The notes: generated by a model from the sequence alone, not told the origin. A stretch of DNA of 64,000 nt from Bacteroidetes bacterium MED-G20 (GCA_905182745.1 CAJJCR010000005.1:48764-112763), one strand, 5' to 3'. Positions 39,791 through 50,002 are shown, counted from the stretch's first letter. Program-made: numbers and translations.

Positions 39791-40266
39791 TGTTAAATTT
39801 TTGTTCTAATAATTTATATCTGTAATTAAAAATTTTCTTTAGTTGTGGAATAACAATTATAGGAGTCATTATTCTTCCTAATAATCCAAAAGGAACTTTA
39901 AAAGAAACCTTATCTGTCATTTCTACTTTGTCTCCTTTTTGTAAAAAAAGATGCTCGTGATGCCACATTTTATATGGGCCAAACCTTTGTTCATCTACAA
40001 AAAACATTTTGTTGTTGATATGAGTGATTTCAGTAACCCAATTTAGAGTTTATCCCTAAAATAGGAGCAACTTTATAAGAAACTATTTGTCCTATATACA
40101 TTTGGTTGGGTATTTCTGAAGTAATATTAAATCCCATATCAGTAGGTGTGATCTCACTTAAATTTTTTGGGTTTGAAAAAAAGTCCCAGGCTTCATCCAA
40201 AGTAATATCTAATTCTTGACTAACTTTTAGTGTGTTAATCCCAGAATGACTACTAAATTTAATCAT
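39783..40266 (-). CDS. SRPBCC (START/Bet v1-like) ligand-binding protein, one frameshift
   Basis: ..LDEAWDFFSNPKNLSEITP.. and ..FVDEQRFGPYKMWHHEHLF.. are typical of the COG4276-type SRPBCC family. Fragments 40030..40266 and 39783..40007. Confidence 0.6.
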
Positions 40267-40958
40267 GAATTTAAATAGTGGTGAAATTCTTTTTTAGTAT
40301 TATCATTTTTGAATTTTCCAGAATAAAAAGAAGTGGTAGTAGAAGAAGTTTCGTCTTTTATTCCTCTTGAAGAAACACATAAATGCTTAGCATCGATTAT
40401 TACAGCAACATCTTCAGTTCCTAAAATTTCTTTTAAATCGTTCCCAATCTGATTGGTTAATCTTTCCTGTACTTGAGGTCTTCTAGCAAAATAATCTACT
40501 ATTCTATTAATTTTAGAAAGCCCAATAACCTTTCCAGAAGACATGTAAGCTACATGTGCTTTTCCAAATATAGGGACAAAGTGATGTTCGCAGTTGGAAT
40601 AAAACGTGATATTTTTCTCTACCAACATCTCGTTATATTGGTATTTGTTTTCAAACAATGCTGCTTTGGGTTTATTGGCCGGATCTAAACCAGAAAATAT
40701 TTCTTCTACATACATTTTTGCAACTCGGTGAGGTGTTCCTTTCAAAGAATCATCTGTTAAGTCAAGACCAAGAGTCTCCATAATAACTTTAAAGTGTTCC
40801 GAGATAATTTCTTTTTTCTTTTCATTTGAGATGTCAAAAGCATCTTTTCTAATTGGAGTCTCGATGGAATTACTCACATGATCATCTCCAACTTCATCAA
40901 AATTATTTTCTGACGAGGTTTCAGGCTGGGTATACAACAATGTTTCTTTCAGTTTCAT
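40263..40958 (-). CDS. folE: GTP cyclohydrolase I (FolE type)
   Basis: ..GTPHRVAKMY.., ..YSNCEHHFVPIFGKAHVAY.., ..RPQVQERLT.., ..AKHLCVSSRG. The annotated start overlaps the upstream gene by 38 nt. Confidence 0.95.
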   Translation of the reverse strand: MKLKETLLYTQPETSSENNFDEVGDDHVSNSIETPIRKDAFDISNEKKKEIISEHFKVIMETLGLDLTDDSLKGTPHRVAKMYVEEIFSGLDPANKPKAALFENKYQYNEMLVEKNITFYSNCEHHFVPIFGKAHVAYMSSGKVIGLSKINRIVDYFARRPQVQERLTNQIGNDLKEILGTEDVAVIIDAKHLCVSSRGIKDETSSTTTSFYSGKFKNDNTKKEFHHYLNS

Positions 40959-41331
40959 AAAGTTTAATTTTAAGTTCGAATTTATCTTCCAACTTTTTTC
41001 TAAGTTTATTATAAATAACTTTGATTATATTTTCTGCAGTAGGATTTAAATCTTTAAAATCTTCTACATCAAGATTTAAATTTTTATGGTCAAATTTATC
41101 AAGAATTTCCGATTTAATTAAATCAGACAAAGTTTTCATATCTATCAAATATCCGCTTTCTTGATCAACTTCACCAATTACAGTCACTTCTAAATCATAA
41201 TTGTGACCATGGTAATTTGGATTGTTGCACTTTCCATAAAAAGAAATATTCTTTTCATCTGACCAATTTGGGTTGTGCAACCTATGGGCTGCATTGAAGT
41301 GTTCTTTACGTATAACTGCAACTTTTTCCAT
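40921..41331 (-). CDS. 6-pyruvoyl-tetrahydropterin synthase / 6-carboxytetrahydropterin synthase (PTPS/QueD family)
   Basis: 136 aa. ..FNAAHRLHNP..GKCNNPNYHGHNY.. closely resembles the animal-type PTPS active-site text. The QueD, PTPS-I and PTPS-III roles cannot be separated by eye. Confidence 0.9.
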   Translation of the reverse strand: MEKVAVIRKEHFNAAHRLHNPNWSDEKNISFYGKCNNPNYHGHNYDLEVTVIGEVDQESGYLIDMKTLSDLIKSEILDKFDHKNLNLDVEDFKDLNPTAENIIKVIYNKLRKKLEDKFELKIKLYETERNIVVYPA

Positions 41332-41450
41332 TTTGTTTATTGTTTAGTCCTCAAACTTAAACAAAATGTTTAACATTTCAAATAAAGGTTTAAACAATTT
41401 AAATATTAAATTTTTATAATGTTCATATATTCGCTTCAAATTATGTAATA

Positions 41451-42038
41451 GTGGATTTTATAATTGAAATAATTGCTGTTTTTTCTGGTATAATTAGCGT
41501 TTGGTTTGCAAAAAAAGAGAATATTTTGTTGTACCCAGTGGGAACATTAAGCGTTTCGCTATGGATATACCTATGTTGGGTTGGTGAAATATATGGCCAA
41601 GCTGTAATTAATTTATTTTTTTTAGTGATGAATATTTATGGCTGGTATAATTGGTCTAGAAAAGATAATTCTGACATGAAAAAAGTCCAAATAAAATTCA
41701 GTTCTATCAAAGAAAACATACTTTACATAATAGTAGCCGCATTTTTAACAATATTATTATACTGGTGTCTTTCAAATATAGAAATCCTAAATTTTGATTG
41801 GAAGTTTGTTTTAATTGAGTCTTTTATTACTGCACTTAACTTTATCGCTATGTGGCTTATGGCCTGGAAAAGAGTAGAGAACTGGGTTCTCTGGATTGTT
41901 GGAGATATATTTTGTATACCGCTTTTTGTTTTCAAAGAATATTATTTAAGTGTAGCTCAATTTTCTATATTTATAATTATTGCATTTATGGGATATTTTG
42001 AATGGAAAAAAAAGGCATTAAAGAATCAAGAAAAATAG
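41451..42038 (+). CDS. pnuC: PnuC-family nicotinamide riboside (or related vitamin) transporter
   Basis: 195 aa with about 7 TM. ..VWFAKKENILLYPVG.., ..YGWYNW.., ..WLMAWKRVENW.. Confidence 0.8.
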   Translation: MDFIIEIIAVFSGIISVWFAKKENILLYPVGTLSVSLWIYLCWVGEIYGQAVINLFFLVMNIYGWYNWSRKDNSDMKKVQIKFSSIKENILYIIVAAFLTILLYWCLSNIEILNFDWKFVLIESFITALNFIAMWLMAWKRVENWVLWIVGDIFCIPLFVFKEYYLSVAQFSIFIIIAFMGYFEWKKKALKNQEK

Positions 42039-42529
42039 TAATTACTGGACCAGAGTCTTCTGGTAAAACCACTTTGTTTGAACAATTAAAAACCTTATCA
42101 GGGTTTAATTTTATTCCAGAATATTCTAGAACCTATTTAGAAAAAATCAAAAGGCCGTACCATTACAACGATATATTACAAATAGCAAATTACTATGTTA
42201 ATGAACTTAAATCAGCTAATCAAAATAAATTATCTGTAATTTCAGATACAGACTTACTAACGCTACAAATTTGGTGTGAATTCAAATACAAAAAGTGTCA
42301 TCCATTTATTATGGAAAACCTTAAAATAAATCCACCTGATTTATATTTAATTTGTAGTCCAAATATTCCTTGGGAATTTGACCCTCAAAGAGAAAATCCA
42401 CATGACAGAACAGAACTTTACAATATCCACTTAGATAAAATAAAAGAACTAGGTATTAGTTTTGAAATTATTGAAGGAGACCTATCCAAAAGATTAATTC
42501 AATCAAAAAAAATATTACAAAATCTATAA
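42002..42529 (+). CDS. P-loop kinase of the NadR C-terminal (ribosylnicotinamide kinase-like, AAA_28) type
   Basis: ITGPESSGKTTL Walker A. Overlaps pnuC by 37 nt, a pairing that is typical of PnuC/NadR-kinase genes. Confidence 0.65.
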   Translation: MEKKGIKESRKIVITGPESSGKTTLFEQLKTLSGFNFIPEYSRTYLEKIKRPYHYNDILQIANYYVNELKSANQNKLSVISDTDLLTLQIWCEFKYKKCHPFIMENLKINPPDLYLICSPNIPWEFDPQRENPHDRTELYNIHLDKIKELGISFEIIEGDLSKRLIQSKKILQNL

Positions 42530-42545
42530 TTCTAAAATTAATTTA

Positions 42546-42553
42546 TACTTTTG
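42546..42553 (+). promoter_or_regulatory. candidate -7 promoter box TACTTTTG for the riboswitch-led transcript
   Basis: Matches TAnnTTTG a few nt upstream of the riboswitch P1 region. No good -33 TTTG was seen. Confidence 0.35.
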
Positions 42554-42554
42554 G

Positions 42555-42655
42555 CAAACTCAATAGGGGGTGCTGTAAAAGGCTGAGATTATACCCATTT
42601 TCTGTTAAATAGCAGAATGTAACTTGATCCAGATAATGCTGGCGAAAGGATGTTA
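42555..42655 (+). promoter_or_regulatory. TPP (THI-box) riboswitch
   Basis: Conserved cores GGGGUGC (42566-42572), GCUGAGA..ACCC (42581-42596) and AACUUGAUCCAGAUAAUGCUGGCGAAAGGA (42621-42650), in the canonical order. It lies 57 nt upstream of the receptor ATG. A downstream 8-bp stem ttaaatgt/acatttaa (42653-42660 / 42694-42701) may be the expression platform. Confidence 0.85.
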
Positions 42656-42711
42656 AATGTTTAAACCTTGTGTTTTCTTACCCCCAGTAAGACACATTTA
42701 ACCTAAAAAAA

Positions 42712-44976
42712 ATGAAATACAATTATTTACTACTTACCATTGGCGTTTTTGGTTTTTTAAATGCCCAATCTCAAACAGATTCTAGTAAGACAACACTAGA
42801 TGAATTTGAAGTTACTACTACTAAAGTAGGTGAAAAAAGTCCTGTTGCTCACGAGAATATTTCTAAAGAAGAAATTGATGTAAACAACCATGGTGTAGAT
42901 TTACCTATACTACTAGACCAAGCTACTTCCATTGTAACAACATCAGACGCAGGTGCTGGAGTTGGTTACACAGGAATTCGAGTTAGAGGAAGTGATGCAA
43001 CAAGAGTTAATGTGACTATAAACGGAATTCCTTTTAACGATGCTGAATCACAGGGAGCTTATTGGGTAAATATGCCAGATATATCTTCATCTACAGACGA
43101 TATTCAAATTCAAAGAGGAGTTGGTGCATCTACTACCGGCGCATCTGCTTTTGGTGCAAGTGTGAATTTAAGTACTTTAAGTACTGTTAACTCTCAAAAC
43201 CCTTACGGAGAAATTTCTAATAGTTATGGATCTTTTAATACTTTAAAAAATACCATTAAACTTGGAACAGGGTTGATTGATGGTAAATGGAATTTTGAAG
43301 GAAGATTATCTAGAGTAGCCTCTGATGGTTTTATTGATAGAGCTTCTTCCGATTTGAACTCCTATTATTTATCTGGAAGTTATTTAGGGGAAAAAACATC
43401 TATTCAAGGAGTAGCTTTTTCTGGACAAGAAGTTACTTATCAAGCTTGGAATGGAATTCCTCTAAGTTTTTTAGAAGAAAATTACAACGATAGTGGGCAA
43501 ACTTACAACCCCTATGAATATGAAAATGAAGTAGACAATTACAATCAATCTCATTACCAATTGCATTTTACAAATAAGCCAAATAGAAATCTAAAATTAA
43601 ATGCTTCTTTACACTACACAAGAGGAAAAGGCTACTTTGAGCAGTACAAGGGAATAGGTCAAAATGCGTCTCTAAATTATTTTAGTCAAGAAAGTTTAAT
43701 GGATTATGGTTTACAGGATATTATAACTAGTTCTGGAGATACTATTTCTGAAACAGATCTTATACGCAGGAGGTGGTTAGATAATCATTTTTATGGTATT
43801 GTATATTCTGCTGAATATTTTGGGGAGAATTTCCAATTTACTTTGGGTGGAGGTGCCAACCAATATTTAGGTGGACATTATGGTGAAGTTATATGGTCAC
43901 AATATGCCAGTAATGGTAATATTAGACATAGATATTACGATAACGATGCTACTAAAAATGATTTTAACGTGTATGGAAAATTAAATTACGATTTGAATTC
44001 AAATTTCAGTGCTTACATTGATTTGCAACAACGTATTGTAAGTTATAACTTTACTGGATTAGATCAAGACGGTAGTGAATTGGATCAAACTTCAGAAATG
44101 TCTTTCTTCAATCCCAAAGTTGGTTTTAACTACTCACTAAATGAAAAATCTAGCCTGTATGCTTTTGCTGGATTAGGGAATAAAGAACCAAGCAGAGATG
44201 ATTTTACTGAATCTACACCTGACAGTAGACCATCTCACGAAAGTCTAATAGATATTGAGTTAGGTTATAGATATTCTTCAGAAACTGTAAGTATTTCTGC
44301 TAATTTTTACAATATGCACTACAATAATCAATTGATTCTTACTGGGGAGTTAAACGATGTCGGTTCTGCAGTTAGGGTAAACATTCCCGATAGCTACAGA
44401 AGAGGTGTTGAGTTAACAGGAAGTTTTCAATTGATGGATAGACTTCTTTGGAGACTAAATGCAACATTTAGTGAAAATAAAATAGCAGAGTTCAATGAGT
44501 TTATAGATAATTGGGATACTGGAGGAAAAGATTCAGTTACTCATACAAATACAAATATTGCTCTTTCACCATCTGTAATTGGTGGAAGCCAATTAATTTT
44601 TACTCCATTTAATTCCGTTGAAAATGGAAAGTTAGATTTGGCATTGGTAACGAAATACGTAGGAGATCAATTTATTGACAATACATCAAGTGAATATGCC
44701 AAACTAGACGCTTATTTAGTAAATGATTTTAGAGTAAGCTACACAGTTAAAACTAAACTTTTTAAAGAAGTTGTAATTAGCTCTTGGATACGAAACTTAT
44801 TTAATCAAAATTATATTTCAAACGCATGGGTTTATAGATTCAATACTTTAGATGATCCAACATCCTACGATCCATATGCAAATGCTGAAGGTTCTGGAAC
44901 CAATAGTTACAACCAAATTGGTGCCTTCAACCAAGCAGGAATTAACTTCTTTGTAGGGTTGAAATTGAAGTTCTAA
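42712..44976 (+). CDS. TonB-dependent outer-membrane receptor, riboswitch-controlled (probable thiamine/thiamine-precursor uptake)
   Basis: 754 aa and intact. Plug (..GIRVRGSDATRVNVTINGIPFNDAESQG..), barrel, terminal ..VGLKLKF. It sits directly behind the TPP riboswitch. Confidence 0.85.
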   Translation: MKYNYLLLTIGVFGFLNAQSQTDSSKTTLDEFEVTTTKVGEKSPVAHENISKEEIDVNNHGVDLPILLDQATSIVTTSDAGAGVGYTGIRVRGSDATRVNVTINGIPFNDAESQGAYWVNMPDISSSTDDIQIQRGVGASTTGASAFGASVNLSTLSTVNSQNPYGEISNSYGSFNTLKNTIKLGTGLIDGKWNFEGRLSRVASDGFIDRASSDLNSYYLSGSYLGEKTSIQGVAFSGQEVTYQAWNGIPLSFLEENYNDSGQTYNPYEYENEVDNYNQSHYQLHFTNKPNRNLKLNASLHYTRGKGYFEQYKGIGQNASLNYFSQESLMDYGLQDIITSSGDTISETDLIRRRWLDNHFYGIVYSAEYFGENFQFTLGGGANQYLGGHYGEVIWSQYASNGNIRHRYYDNDATKNDFNVYGKLNYDLNSNFSAYIDLQQRIVSYNFTGLDQDGSELDQTSEMSFFNPKVGFNYSLNEKSSLYAFAGLGNKEPSRDDFTESTPDSRPSHESLIDIELGYRYSSETVSISANFYNMHYNNQLILTGELNDVGSAVRVNIPDSYRRGVELTGSFQLMDRLLWRLNATFSENKIAEFNEFIDNWDTGGKDSVTHTNTNIALSPSVIGGSQLIFTPFNSVENGKLDLALVTKYVGDQFIDNTSSEYAKLDAYLVNDFRVSYTVKTKLFKEVVISSWIRNLFNQNYISNAWVYRFNTLDDPTSYDPYANAEGSGTNSYNQIGAFNQAGINFFVGLKLKF

Positions 44977-44993
44977 TTAATACTTAGTAAATT

Positions 44994-45030
44994 AAAAGAG
45001 TTAGGTTCAATCGATCTAGCTCTTTTTTTT
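44994..45030. terminator. intrinsic terminator between convergent genes
   Basis: Stem AAAGAGTTAG (44995-45004) / CTAGCTCTTT (16-25 of the 45000s) of 10 bp with one G-U pair, an 11-nt loop, then a T8 run to 45030. An A-run upstream makes it potentially bidirectional. Confidence 0.6.
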
Positions 45031-45035
45031 AAAGA

Positions 45036-47438
45036 TTATTTCTTCTTTTTCATTGGATTGCTTGAAGGTCTATCACGTCTGTTTTTGTACTTGTAAAGCT
45101 CAAACTTAGATGCTTCTAATTGCTGAGGCCAAAAATTATTAGATCTGTCAGTATCTGCAGTTTCCATAAATGGATCTAACTCAATCTGAGTTACTTCATT
45201 GTCAAAAGCAAATACCTTAGATATTTCTAAATTATTCTTTTTCCAAATTTCTGCTGGAATTTTTATAACCTCATTTGAATTGTCTTTAAATGAGAAGTTT
45301 AATATAATTGGCATCACAAGTCCTCCTATATTTGAGAATTTAATCTCGTAAAAGTGTTGATTTTTCTTCAATATTTCTTTTTCGTCTTCGTTGAGATTTT
45401 TATTGAATTTTTCATATTTTTTAATTTCTTTTTCTGTTGCTTTATACCTGTCATAGCTGGTATAAAAATCCTCTAGTCCTTTGTCTATTTCTCTGTAAGT
45501 AACAATATCTTTATTTCTTTGATTGGATATATCCTTATTGTAAACTTCCACAAAATTCATCTTGCTTTCTTTTTTATTAGTTACTGGATTTTGGTCGTTT
45601 ATTCTGTAAGTACTTTACTTTTTCTAATCCAATATCTACATGGTCTGTCGAATAAAACCAACCTCTCCAGTACCAATCTAAGTCTACAGAACTCGCATCT
45701 TCCATGGTACGAAATAAATCTTCAGGATTAGGATGTTTAAACATCCATCTGTTGGAATACATCTTAAATGCATAATCAAATAGTTCTCTACCCATTATAG
45801 TTTCTCTTAGTATATTCATTGCTGTTGCAGGCTTACCATAGGCATTATTTCCAAATTGATGAATGGATTCACTATTGGTCATAATTGGGGAAATTCTGTC
45901 TTTATCTCCTTTCATGTAATTAACAATTTTATAAGCAGGTCCTCTTCTAGAAGGATATCCTTTTTCAAATTCTTGCTCTGTTAAATACTGTAAGAATGTG
46001 TTTAAGCCTTCATCCATCCAAGTCCACTGTCTTTCATCTGAGTTTATTATCATTGGAAAATAATTATGTCCAACTTCATGAATAATAACTCCAATCATTC
46101 CGTATTTTGTTCTTGCAGAGTAGGTTCCATCTTCTTCGGGTCTTCCGCCGTTGAAACAAATCATAGGATACTCCATTCCAATCCATTTGGTATGAACAGA
46201 AATTGCAACTGGATATGGGTAGTCAAAAGTATATTTTGAGTAACATTTTAGTGTGTGGGCAACTACTCTTAGTACTGAATATTGTTCCCACAAGGGATTG
46301 CCCTCTTTAGGATAAAAAGACATGGCCAAAACATCTTTGGAAGCTTGTCTAACAACCATTGCATCCCAAATAAATTTTCTGGATGAAGCCCATCCAAAAT
46401 CTCTGACATTTTCTGCTTTAAAGTGCCATACTTTCATAGCTTTAACTACGCTTTTTTCATTTTTAATGGCTTCTTTTTCATTAACAATAAAAACTGGCTC
46501 TTTTTCACTTTTTCTAGCCTTTTCCAATCTTTCTAATTGTATTGGTGTTAATATTTCATCTGCATTCACTAATTCTCCTGTTGCAGCCACTACATGATCA
46601 GATGGAACAGTTATTTTCACATCATAATCCCCAAATGGAAGTGTGAATTCACCACTTCCCAAAAACTGCTTATTTTGCCATCCTTCGGTATCGTTATAAA
46701 CACACATTCTAGGAAAAAATTGAGCTATAGTGTATAAGTAATTTCCATCTTTTTCAAAATATTCATACCCGGATCTTCCACCTATTTCCAATCGGTCATT
46801 AATGTTGTACCACCAGTCAATACTAAATTCAAAACTCTCTTTAGACTCTAGAGGTTTTTTTAAGTTTATCCTCATCATGGTTTGTTGAATGGTGTAGGAT
46901 ATAGGATTACCATCTTTATCTAATACTTTCATAATATTAAACCCACCTTTAAATTTAGGATTCATATTTTTAATAGTTCTTTCATTAAGATTCCATATAG
47001 TATCTTCTTGATAAATTAGCTCAGAACCCAAATCTTGTAATTCAAAATAATTTAGTACTTTGTTAATGGATTTTTATCGATTGAGTTGAAACTAGAAGTC
47101 TCAATTTTATAACTATCTGAATTTTGAGCACGTTTGTTTTGATCCAATTGAATCCATAAATACTCTAATTTATCTGGGCTATTATTGTGGTATTTTATTG
47201 TTTCTGACCCTGTGATTTTTTGTTCTTGGTCGTTTAATGTTATACTCATTTCATAATCAGCCTCATTTTGATAATATTCATGGCCAGGAGCTCCTGCTGC
47301 AGTTCTAAAAACATTTGGTGGAGCAACTTTTTTTAAAAAGTTGTTTAAATTTATTGTAATTTTGTTATTATTTTGAGCAAATAAAAAAGAAGGATTAAAA
47401 GCAATTAGAAATAACGACAAATATTTATTGAAATACAT
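45036..47438 (-). CDS. M1-family metallopeptidase (aminopeptidase N-like), two compensating frameshifts
   Basis: Signal peptide MYFNKYLSLFLIAFNPSFLFAQ. HEVGHNYFP ... WMDEGLNTF (HExxH-x18-E). Fragments 47052..47486, 45577..47031 and 45036..45560 are collinear. Confidence 0.85.
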
Positions 47439-47916
47439 GAGATTTTTGGTTTTTGTTGTATGAGAAACTAGATTTGATAGCACCATTTAAATTTACAATA
47501 TTTTGTTGATTAGGTAACCAATCGACTAGTAAATCATTATATATTTTAAGGTGTTTTATTCTTTTATTATAGTTCCCTTCCATATAAATTAATAAAGTAC
47601 CATCAAGTTTAATTTCGTTGCCTATAACTTCAAGATTAATTTCTGAACCCTTTTGAGAAATTGAAAATCGATTTTTTAAATAAAATTTAATTTCATTTAA
47701 GCTGTAGGATTCGTTTTTTTTATTTAGCGAAGATTTTATTTGTGTATTCATTTCTTTTTTAAATGCATATTCAAAATCGTGGGCGATTAGTTCAATACTA
47801 ATTTCTAAATCTTCATTTTCTTTAGCCATATTTCGTACCTGACACCTCGTTTCGTGTTCTGATGGCGAAAAAAGATGGGTAAATAATATTAAATATATCT
47901 TTAAATAAATATGCAT
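47425..47916 (-). CDS. hypothetical secreted protein (resembles the DUF6702 family often found next to M1 peptidases)
   Basis: Signal-like N-terminus, ..LEISIELIAHDFEYAF.. and ..NDLLVDWLPNQQNIVNL.. The family assignment is from memory only. Confidence 0.35.
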   Translation of the reverse strand: MHIYLKIYLILFTHLFSPSEHETRCQVRNMAKENEDLEISIELIAHDFEYAFKKEMNTQIKSSLNKKNESYSLNEIKFYLKNRFSISQKGSEINLEVIGNEIKLDGTLLIYMEGNYNKRIKHLKIYNDLLVDWLPNQQNIVNLNGAIKSSFSYNKNQKSHVFQ

Positions 47917-47966
47917 TTACTTTAATTTTAATTCGTTATTGTATGAATTTTTTTTAGTTTCTAAGT

Positions 47967-48932
47967 TTAACTCTTTGACTTTAATTTGTCAATTTTCTGG
48001 TTGTCATTAAATATGAATTTATCTACGATATAAATCTTCTTTGGTTGAATCTTTTTGTCTTTTAACAAGTTAATAGATTCTATTAATAAATCTATTTTTA
48101 TCTTCTTTAATGCAATTAAGATAATTTCTTCGCCAAATTTATCATTTTTAATTTTGTCTATGAAGAAATTAATCCTACTATAAATCTTGTGGGCAGCCAA
48201 CTTCCTGCGGATTTATTTGCACGCTATCACCGGTTAATCATATTATCAGTTCTATTTAAAAACAGAAACTCTTCATTACTTATAATCTTTACTTTATCAT
48301 TGGTGACTAAATTTTCAATATTTAATTTTTTAGAATTTATTATTAACTGTTTTTTCTTGTTGGCTCCAACTTTAACATCCTCTAGACACTTATAAGGTTG
48401 TTTTTTTAGTACAGTTTTTAAGATTTCTTACAGCTATATGAGAAATTGTCTCTGTCATACCATAAGTTTGAAAGCAATTAGTAGTAATGTTTTGAATTTT
48501 AGAGATTAAGTTATCAGAAACCAAACCTCCTCCAATTATAGCAAGTTTAATCTTTTTAAAAACATGTTTTTTCTCCAAAAGATAATTTAATTGTAAAGGT
48601 GTAAGCGCCATAAAATCTATCTCTATATCTAGTTTGTTAATTGGATTTACAGATGGCTTATACAATACAATTTTACTTTCTGATAAAATGGCTCTTATTA
48701 ACATCATTTTCCCACCTATATATTTAACAGGTAAACAGTTTAAAAAGGTAGAATTATTATTAATATTAAAATAGCGCAATGTGTTTTTTGCACTTGCTAT
48801 CATTTGATTTTTATGAATGAACCATTCCTTTTGGTTTTCCTGTAGAACCAGATGTATATAATATAAAAAGAGGATCCTCTGAATCGATAGGAGTTGCTTG
48901 GCATTCATCTGAAACTATAGAAATTTCATCAT
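47967..48932 (-). pseudogene. menE: short-form O-succinylbenzoate-CoA ligase-like AMP-binding enzyme, at least 3 interruptions
   Basis: By hand: ..[21 protein letters not shown] (about 48815-48880), QTYGMTETISHIAV in ORF 48390..48908, ..RTDNMIN.. in 48200-48390, and the C-terminal ..FGEEIILIAL....PKKIYIVDKFIFNDNQKIDK in ORF 47967..48200. It lies downstream of menC. Confidence 0.65.
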
Positions 48933-48940
48933 GCTAGTTA

Positions 48941-49984
48941 TCATTTGAATTTTTCAAAATTTGACAAATCCCATGTTTTATTTTCGTTATAAAAAATATT
49001 TTCACCTTTAATTTCTAAAGGAGATGGAATATTATTACTAAAAAGTTGTCCAGTTCCCAAACCTTGGGGGAGGGTAAGTGGATAATTTGCACAAAACTGA
49101 GCTATTGCACTTAACCCTACATTAGATTCAAGAGCAGATGTTATCCACCAACCAACATTATTTTTTTCAGCAATATTTATCCATTTTCTGGTTGCCTCAA
49201 ATCCTCCAACAAGTGTGGGTTTTAAAACAAGATATTGAGGTGAAATATATTTAATAAACTCATTTTTTTCTTTTTTTAATTGAATTAATTCTTCATCTAA
49301 TGCAATTGGAATTGGAGATTTTTCGCATATTTCTTTTAAGTAATCCCACTGTCTGGTTGGAATGGGTTGTTCAATAGAATGAATCTTTAATGATCCTAAA
49401 TTTTCTAATTTTATGAAAACATCTTTAGTGGATAGTGCTCCGTTTGCATCCACTCTAATTTCTAATATTTTAGAACTAAATTGTTTTCTAATGTTTTTTA
49501 AAATGGAAATTTCTTCCATAAAATCAATAGATCCTATTTTAAGTTTCAAACAACTAAATCCTTTTTCAATTTTAGATTTAATTTGGTTTACCATAAAATC
49601 CTTATTCCCCATCCATATAAGCCCATTAATTTTTATTGGTTTTCCTTGAGTAAAAGAGTTTTGAAAAATAATTCTTTTTCCACCATTTTTTAAATCTTTA
49701 AGAGCACTTTCAACCCCAAATTGTATACTTGGAAATAAGGATAAATCAAGATTGGATAAATTATTAATTGATTTTTGAACTTTTTTTAGTTGATCCATCA
49801 TTTTGTCCCCTGATTCTATACTTAGTCCTTGAATTGGTCCACATTCACCTAAGCCAAATATATTATGATTAGTTTCATGGAAAATTTTAATGTACCAGGT
49901 TAGTTTGTTTTTTAAAATACCTCTAGAAGTTCCTCCAGGTGTTTTAAAATCAAGTTTGTGGTAAAATATTTCAACAATTAACAT
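48941..49984 (-). CDS. menC: o-succinylbenzoate synthase (enolase superfamily)
   Basis: 347 aa. ..CLKLKIG.., ..IRVDANGA.., ..IEQP.., ..ALDEEL.. metal and base motifs. Confidence 0.8.
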   Translation of the reverse strand: MLIVEIFYHKLDFKTPGGTSRGILKNKLTWYIKIFHETNHNIFGLGECGPIQGLSIESGDKMMDQLKKVQKSINNLSNLDLSLFPSIQFGVESALKDLKNGGKRIIFQNSFTQGKPIKINGLIWMGNKDFMVNQIKSKIEKGFSCLKLKIGSIDFMEEISILKNIRKQFSSKILEIRVDANGALSTKDVFIKLENLGSLKIHSIEQPIPTRQWDYLKEICEKSPIPIALDEELIQLKKEKNEFIKYISPQYLVLKPTLVGGFEATRKWINIAEKNNVGWWITSALESNVGLSAIAQFCANYPLTLPQGLGTGQLFSNNIPSPLEIKGENIFYNENKTWDLSNFEKFK

Positions 49985-50002
49985 TTAAATTTAAAAAAAC
50001 CT

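Noticed and set aside
40921-40958. The 38-nt PTPS/folE overlap and the 37-nt pnuC/kinase overlap (42002..42038) as signs of recoding or fused genes.
   Set aside because: Long overlaps can simply reflect the ORF caller taking the first in-frame start. Alternative downstream or non-ATG starts cannot be excluded, and both gene pairs are otherwise ordinary.
41365-41377. Palindrome AATGTT-T-AACATT, and a nearby GTTTAAAC, in the divergent PTPS/pnuC intergenic region as a regulator site for the photolyase operon.
   Set aside because: These are short, AT-only palindromes in roughly 25% GC spacer DNA, where they are expected by chance. There is no second copy or supporting promoter geometry.
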